Source: Candidatus Bathyarchaeota archaeon
Lineage (GTDB): Archaea > Thermoproteota > Bathyarchaeia > Bathyarchaeales > Bathyarchaeaceae
Direction of reading: 5' to 3'
Assembly (NCBI GenBank): GCA_050123155.1
Contig: JASFHP010000008.1
Location: 15,186-79,185 of the forward strand
Length of the DNA: 64,000 nucleotides
The notes under the pieces were generated by a model, which did no database searches, had not been told where the DNA came from, and was given only the letters and a program-made list of their open reading frames with translations. Below, one piece after another: positions 58,654-64,000 of this stretch. A program made the position numbers and the translations under genes. Every line of letters begins with the position of its first letter. Within the stretch, counting starts at the first letter, position 1.

Positions 58654-58675
58654 ACTTTCCTTCCCCTTTTTTATT
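58654..58675 (+). terminator. Pyrimidine/oligo-T terminator
   Basis: CTTTCCTTCCCCTTTTTT immediately after the stop codon. Confidence 0.45.
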
Positions 58676-59228
58676 GGGGCGTAAAGCATCAGAAGAAAAT
58701 GGGGCTGAGAAGACTCGTGCATGAGAGAGTTGAAGCAATAGTAGTTAGGTTAGGAGGTTTTATTCATTTTCTCCTCCAAAATTCCCCAAATTCAACATCG
58801 TGCAGGAGTCTCAGCAAACCCTATTCTTCTTGATAGTAAGGCCGGCAGACAATAAAGAGGTTATGGTGAATGGCTGAGAGGGCTTTGAAGAGTGCCCACA
58901 TTCGGCGACAGTGTGGTGGGTGCTTCATGTTTTGCTTCTCCTTTCATTGCACTTTTCAGAGCCTCAGCAAATATTCGCAGTGATGCTGGGCATCTCTCTC
59001 ATAAGAGTTATGTGTTCATCCTCTTATGACTAGCAACTATTCATTGTAATATAGATAGAAAAAGCTGCTTTTGGTTCGTTGTTGTTTATTTAAGTGTTCA
59101 TGTTAAATCGGTAAACACATATTTATTTCTGCTTGAACATTAATTGTTATGCCGGATGACGAAAAGGCATTAGCTTGACGTTTCAGGATGAAAGTTCAGA
59201 GTTACTCTGACGGCATATCTGCTCATTT

Positions 59229-59399
59229 TTACTTATTTCTGTACAGGAGCATTGTCCACATCAGAACTACGCCTGTTAATGATTGCAATCCGACAAAACC
59301 AAAGTTTAGCGGAAATTGAGTTACCGCAAATACCCAGATGGAAAAGACTGCCCACATAATTGCGAGCCACATAAGCAAGATTTTGTTTGAAAGTCTCAT
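59229..59399 (-). CDS. 56-aa two-TM microprotein, absent from the ORF track
   Basis: MRLSNKILLMWLAIMWAVFSIWVFAVTQFPLNFGFVGLQSLTGVVLMWTMLLYRNK*, with AGGTGA upstream. Confidence 0.5.
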   Translation of the reverse strand: MRLSNKILLMWLAIMWAVFSIWVFAVTQFPLNFGFVGLQSLTGVVLMWTMLLYRNK

Positions 59400-59665
59400 T
59401 TTTCATCTTTTGTCACCTTGTCCTCGTTGAGTACAAAAAGACTATGAACAGAAAATATGGACTCTGAATATTGACTACAGAAAACTCGAATAGGCGTTTT
59501 CTGAAACCTGTAAACTTGTGCGCGTTTTATTTAACTTAGAAAGTTAATGCTGCTATCTCTCCTTTATTATAATTATTTACCAAGCTTTGGGTTATACGAA
59601 TATATATATGCGGTAATATCATATATACGACACTCGCTTGTTTATGAATGAAAAGGTGATTAAGT

Positions 59666-60682
59666 ATGGATCAACGCAAAATCATGTCTCTCGGAAGGTC
59701 CTCACTGGTTATCTCGTTGCCCAAACACTGGACGAAACTGAACGAACTAAAGCAAGGTGATGTTGTTTCCTTGGCAATTCAGCGAGACCATTCTTTAGCC
59801 ATTTTCCCGGGAACAGGAAGTAAAAAAGGTGTCAAAGAAATAATTCTTCACATAGATCCAAACGAGAAAGCCAAAACAATTAAGCGACACATCATTTCGT
59901 GCTACTTAAATGGATATTCAAGCATCAAGCTTTTTTCAAAGAGCATCTTTCCTGTTTTCCAACAGAAGGCAATACGTAACATAGTAAGGATACTTTACAT
60001 GAGAATCATGGAGTGCGACGCTAAGAGCATGCACATAGTAACGTTAATGGACGAAACACAAGCGTCCGTGACTTCAGGAATACAACGGATGCATATCCTT
60101 TCGACTTCGTTGTTTCAAGATGTGTTAACTTCCCTGAGGACTCAAGATCAGTTATTGGCAAAGACAGCTTTCCAATTAGATGACGATGTTGATCATTTCT
60201 CTTTTTTCATGCTACGTTTAGTCAAAAGAGCAGCTTTGGAACCAGCATTGGCAAACAAGTTGGATATAGAGATAAGTGACTGTCTTGATTATCAAATGTT
60301 TATCCGCCTAATTGAACAAGTCGCCGATTACGCTACCAAAATAGCAAAAAATCTAGTGCAGTTAGGCGCAGAAAAACTAAAAATCTCTGAACCACTGATT
60401 AAACTAATGGTAACTGCAGGCAAGAATGCAAATGCACTCTATAACCAAGCGGTTAAGGCTTTTTTTTCAAATGACGCTGAAATGGCTGAAGGAATAATTG
60501 AACGCGGAAAAATCATCGACAAATCTGACAAAGAAATTGCGACTTGGTCTTTCTTGCATGAAAAGAGAAACCCAGTAATAATTTGTGCCACATGTTCCAT
60601 GCGTGAAAGTATAAAAAGAATAGCGGAAATTGGACGTGAGATCGCACTCTATACGATCCATCGTTCTTTTAAGCCAAAATAG
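59666..60682 (+). CDS. AbrB-PhoU-PhoU family regulator
   Basis: RKIMSLGRSSLVISLPKHW (AbrB), YLNGY, DDDVD, IEQVADYA, SIKRIAE. Confidence 0.9.
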   Translation: MDQRKIMSLGRSSLVISLPKHWTKLNELKQGDVVSLAIQRDHSLAIFPGTGSKKGVKEIILHIDPNEKAKTIKRHIISCYLNGYSSIKLFSKSIFPVFQQKAIRNIVRILYMRIMECDAKSMHIVTLMDETQASVTSGIQRMHILSTSLFQDVLTSLRTQDQLLAKTAFQLDDDVDHFSFFMLRLVKRAALEPALANKLDIEISDCLDYQMFIRLIEQVADYATKIAKNLVQLGAEKLKISEPLIKLMVTAGKNANALYNQAVKAFFSNDAEMAEGIIERGKIIDKSDKEIATWSFLHEKRNPVIICATCSMRESIKRIAEIGREIALYTIHRSFKPK

Positions 60683-60730
60683 GTTTTGTAGCCCCTGAAA
60701 TAGAGGGGGCTAACTTCTCTTAACTCGAAG

Positions 60731-62470
60731 CTACTTCTTTTTATCCGCGTAACTAAGAGTTAATTCAAGTGCAGCTGGGCGAATCGTTTTTTGCAGTAGT
60801 TTTCTTGCAAGTTCCATAGCGAAGTTGTAGTTGTATGTGCCCTTTCCAATTCTCCGGACTTCTTTCAGCATCTCAATCTCTACTTCGTGTTTCAGTCGTC
60901 CTATCGCAAGTGCACCAACACCGTAAATCCCTGGCATAATTTCACGCATGTCGTCGTGTGGCTTTATTCCATCAACTCCTAGAGGTGGAATGGCGTTGAT
61001 GTCAGCCAAAACTTTGAGGAGTTTCACTTTCTGTAGCATCTCTTTGTCTATGATTTGGACTCCGCGGGTTCCCGCGCAGAAGATGACTTCGGCTTTCTTA
61101 AAGAGTTCAAATTTTTTCTCAGGTGTAGGTGCAAAGAATCCTTGCACTTGCGCTCCGTATCGGGTGTTTAGCTTTTCGGCGAGTTCCGCTGCGTATTCGT
61201 CACCGTTCTCACGGTTCGGATTCAAACTAGCAATCGTGACATCGCAACCAAGCTTTGTCAATAAGACGGCTACTATTCTGCCGACCGAACCTGTTCCAAA
61301 AATAGCACACGTTTTATCGCCTAAACTTCCGAGTTTCTGGGAAGATATGGCGTCTTGGACCTTCGCTACTGCTGCTGCCGCTGTGGTATATGCACCGGCA
61401 GGATCTACTATTACACTCGCGTTGAATGGCGGGAACATGGCTTTTGTTATGACTTTTGTTATTTCCTCTGCAAGGTCGATGTCTTTTCCGCCTATGAAAA
61501 AGGTGGTGCGCCTTACTCCTTTTGGTCCTCTTGAGAAAACGGCGTCCTCAACTATCTTCTTGGCGTCTTTAGAGTTCACGTTTTCGTAGGGTATTACTGC
61601 ATTGTATCCAGCGTCGTAAGCCATACACACGTCAAATGGACTAGCTATTTGGTCTGAGTCTAGGAAAAATAGCAGATAAGGCAATTCTATTGCAGTCTTT
61701 TTGATTGTTGGTTTTACTTTGATTTGCATAGCCTGTAATAGTTCATTAATTCCTTTTAAGTTAGAGGTTTCCTTGATCGGCAAAATCACTTCTTTCGAGA
61801 CTTTGATCGTTTCAACCGTCACGTTAAATGATTCTAAAAGCTTTGTTACGCCCTTGACATGCTCAGGGCTGCTTATGTGAATGCTTACAAGTTCTTCCTT
61901 CGATTTTGTGTTTCTAGCGTTATCCAAAAGTTTCATTACTATCCAGCTTTCCCGTACCGAAAAATTAGCTTCCTTTTCTTGTTTTTCCAGCTCACTTTGT
62001 AGGTATTGGCCATAGGCGATCAAATATTCCTCTTCAGTACTGAGGTCTTTGCTTCGCCCTTTTTCCTTGAGGCGCTCATCCAGCGCTTGGATTATTCGGT
62101 CTCTTAATTCTTTGTTCTCATCCAAAATTTGGGCTATGTAGCTTCTGGCATTTTCGTCAATATCAACCGGGTGAAAGGGTATTTTGTTTCTCTTAAAGAG
62201 TTTTGATATGTCATTGCTTTCGTTAAATTCCTTATGTGAGCGCAAACCAAGCTCTTCAGTTGCAAACTCTGGCTTTATTTTTTTGATAAGCTTTTCTAAG
62301 AAACTCGTTAGAGCTATTGATGGTTTATGGAGTACACTCAGGTCACTAGTGGGTTTGGTTTTCGGTTCTATTAGCCAAAACGGTTCGTTATACTCTTTTT
62401 CAACTATTAACACTGTTAATTTCTTGTCTTTCAAGGGTTTGATTTGTAATGTTTCCAATTTCCTCACCAT
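60731..62470 (-). CDS. MtdB-like NAD(P)-dependent methylene-H4MPT dehydrogenase fused to an N-terminal TraB/ChaN/EreA-like domain
   Basis: C-terminal part: SPFDVCMAYDAG, FSRGP, FIGGKD, PPF, DPAGAYTTAAA, FGTGSVG, ADINAIPPLG. Extra N-terminal region of about 260 aa. Confidence 0.85.
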   Translation of the reverse strand: MVRKLETLQIKPLKDKKLTVLIVEKEYNEPFWLIEPKTKPTSDLSVLHKPSIALTSFLEKLIKKIKPEFATEELGLRSHKEFNESNDISKLFKRNKIPFHPVDIDENARSYIAQILDENKELRDRIIQALDERLKEKGRSKDLSTEEEYLIAYGQYLQSELEKQEKEANFSVRESWIVMKLLDNARNTKSKEELVSIHISSPEHVKGVTKLLESFNVTVETIKVSKEVILPIKETSNLKGINELLQAMQIKVKPTIKKTAIELPYLLFFLDSDQIASPFDVCMAYDAGYNAVIPYENVNSKDAKKIVEDAVFSRGPKGVRRTTFFIGGKDIDLAEEITKVITKAMFPPFNASVIVDPAGAYTTAAAAVAKVQDAISSQKLGSLGDKTCAIFGTGSVGRIVAVLLTKLGCDVTIASLNPNRENGDEYAAELAEKLNTRYGAQVQGFFAPTPEKKFELFKKAEVIFCAGTRGVQIIDKEMLQKVKLLKVLADINAIPPLGVDGIKPHDDMREIMPGIYGVGALAIGRLKHEVEIEMLKEVRRIGKGTYNYNFAMELARKLLQKTIRPAALELTLSYADKKK

Positions 62471-62632
62471 TGTTTTCGTTTGTTAACTTTTGTTTGAGGT
62501 CATGTTTTCTTGGAAAAATATATATTTTTTGCCTATATCGTATATAAGAGTTAATAGGATATATACAGAGTTGCGAGATACGAGCCAAATTATATAAGCC
62601 TCTTCATTGCTTGATGCTTAATACATGATCAG

Positions 62633-63535
62633 GTGGTTCTGATGGACGAATCTTTACCTAAAATAAAGATAGGTGTTTTCAAGTGTGGCAACGTCGGCAC
62701 AGCTCCCATATTTGAACTTCTTCTCGACGAACTTGCACAACGAAAAGACATCACCGTTCGCACAGTAACTACTGGTGCAAAAATGAGTCTAGAAGAAGTT
62801 AAAGATGCTCTTCCCAAAATTTTTGAATTCGAACTTGATCTTCTCGTTCTAATCTCTCCAAACCCTGCAGTTTCGGGTCCTGCTGCAGCCAGAAGTATGG
62901 CTCTAGCAAAGGGAGTACACACAATTGTGATGTCAGACGCTGTAGCAAAGCGAATGACGAAAGAACTTGAAAAGCAGGGATTGGGCTACATAGTTGTTCT
63001 TGGCGACCCCTTGATAGGAGCACGAAGACAATTCTTGGACCCTGTAGAAATGGCACTCTTCAACACAAACATAATCAAAATACTCGCAATAACCGGAGTT
63101 TTCAGACTGATACATCAAGAGGTCGACAGAGTAATAGCTGTTCTAAAGGAAGGACTAGCCGTTCGTCTACCGAGATTGGTGATAGATACAGAAACAATTC
63201 GTGACAATTCGGACTTTGCAAATCCTTACGCAAAAGCCAAAGCTATGGCTGCCTATCACATAGCGTCTAAGATTCCCGAGATCAACACAAAAGCTTGCTT
63301 TATGGAGAAAGAAAGTGAAAAATTCATTCCTCTTGTTACTTGTGCACATGAAATGGCTCAGGTAGCAGCTAAATTGGCTGAAGAAGCGAGAGAGATCGAG
63401 AAATATTCTGACAGTTTGGTTAGGAAACCCCACTCAAAGAAAGGAGAGCCCTTAACAAAAACCAAATTAATGCAGTCACCCACGTTTGATGATGAACTAT
63501 ACAAGAAATGGCTCAAAACTTTGCCAACCAACTGA
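62633..63535 (+). CDS. mtd: F420-dependent methylenetetrahydromethanopterin dehydrogenase
   Basis: KCGNVGT, LLLDE, GAKM, SPNP...GP, IGARRQFLDPVEMALFN, FANPYAKAKAMAA, RKPH. Confidence 0.9.
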   Translation: MVLMDESLPKIKIGVFKCGNVGTAPIFELLLDELAQRKDITVRTVTTGAKMSLEEVKDALPKIFEFELDLLVLISPNPAVSGPAAARSMALAKGVHTIVMSDAVAKRMTKELEKQGLGYIVVLGDPLIGARRQFLDPVEMALFNTNIIKILAITGVFRLIHQEVDRVIAVLKEGLAVRLPRLVIDTETIRDNSDFANPYAKAKAMAAYHIASKIPEINTKACFMEKESEKFIPLVTCAHEMAQVAAKLAEEAREIEKYSDSLVRKPHSKKGEPLTKTKLMQSPTFDDELYKKWLKTLPTN

Positions 63536-63684
63536 GAACAACCTTTTTAGGAGAAATCTGTGCGGGTAAAGTATGCTTGATAAGTTCATATTGAAACGTT
63601 CCGAACTGCAATAAGACAGTAAAAACCAAATAAAATATTACACACAATTTAGTCCAGTTAATAGTCAAGAAGTGGGTGACGTTT

Positions 63685-64000
63685 TTGCTCAAACTCTACA
63701 ACAGCTTAACCCGAAAACTTGAGACTTTCAAGCCCCTAGAAGATGGAAAAGTGAAGCTGGTCACCTGCGGACCGTCCATCTATCAGTTACCCCACATCGG
63801 TAACTATCGTACTTTTGTCTTTGAGGACATCCTCCACCGTTACCTTGAATATCTCGGCTACAAAGTGGAGCGAGTTTTGGTCATCACTGATGTGGAGGAT
63901 AAAGCCTTAGCTGAGGCTGAGAAACAAAACATACACCTAAAGGACTTGGCAGACAGAAACATCGAAACTTTCATCAGCGAACTGAAGCACCTGAACACCA
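63685..64000 (+). CDS. cysS: Cysteine--tRNA ligase (3'-truncated by the window edge), absent from the ORF track
   Basis: LKLYNSLTRKLETFKP...TCGPSIY..PHIGNYRTFVFEDIL.RYL...ITDVEDK. Confidence 0.88.
   Translation, partial: MLKLYNSLTRKLETFKPLEDGKVKLVTCGPSIYQLPHIGNYRTFVFEDILHRYLEYLGYKVERVLVITDVEDKALAEAEKQNIHLKDLADRNIETFISELKHLNT

Noticed and set aside
38647-63609. Shared 12-mer GTTCCGAACTGC in two intergenic regions; also TGTGGCTAACC near 28415 and 41206
   Set aside because: Matches this short are expected by chance in 64 kb, and the flanking similarity is weak.

Overview
Archaeal chromosomal window, most likely Bathyarchaeia (TACK). This is inferred from the H4MPT/methanofuran C1 genes (ftr, mtd, afpA), PEF-type C-terminal sorting tails, an archaeosortase, a TackOD1-type response regulator and BHB-intron tRNAs. 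It is mostly core genes: cmk, nadM, ogt, two purP paralogs, rpl3-rpl4-rpl23-rpl2, a DtxR-feoAB operon, msrB and the 5' part of cysS. Single accessory genes are interspersed. I found no CRISPR array, transposase or integrase. The strongest leads are: (1) an NAD(P)-type MtdB-like dehydrogenase fused to a TraB/ChaN/EreA-like N-terminal domain, head-to-head with an F420-type Mtd; (2) three divergent paralogs of an uncharacterised pol-beta nucleotidyltransferase clustered with a creatininase, DJ-1, a glutaminase-less asparagine-synthase-like ATPase, a CPBP protease and ftr; (3) an operon of 10-PAS kinase, receiver, receiver-TackOD1 and GT2 polysaccharide synthase, facing an archaeosortase; (4) a two-intron tRNA-Tyr with a 7-nt middle exon; (5) a 35-bp palindromic element in three intergenic copies; (6) a DedA/VTT gene inside the ribosomal protein operon. 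All family calls come from recognising motifs by eye, not from database searches.
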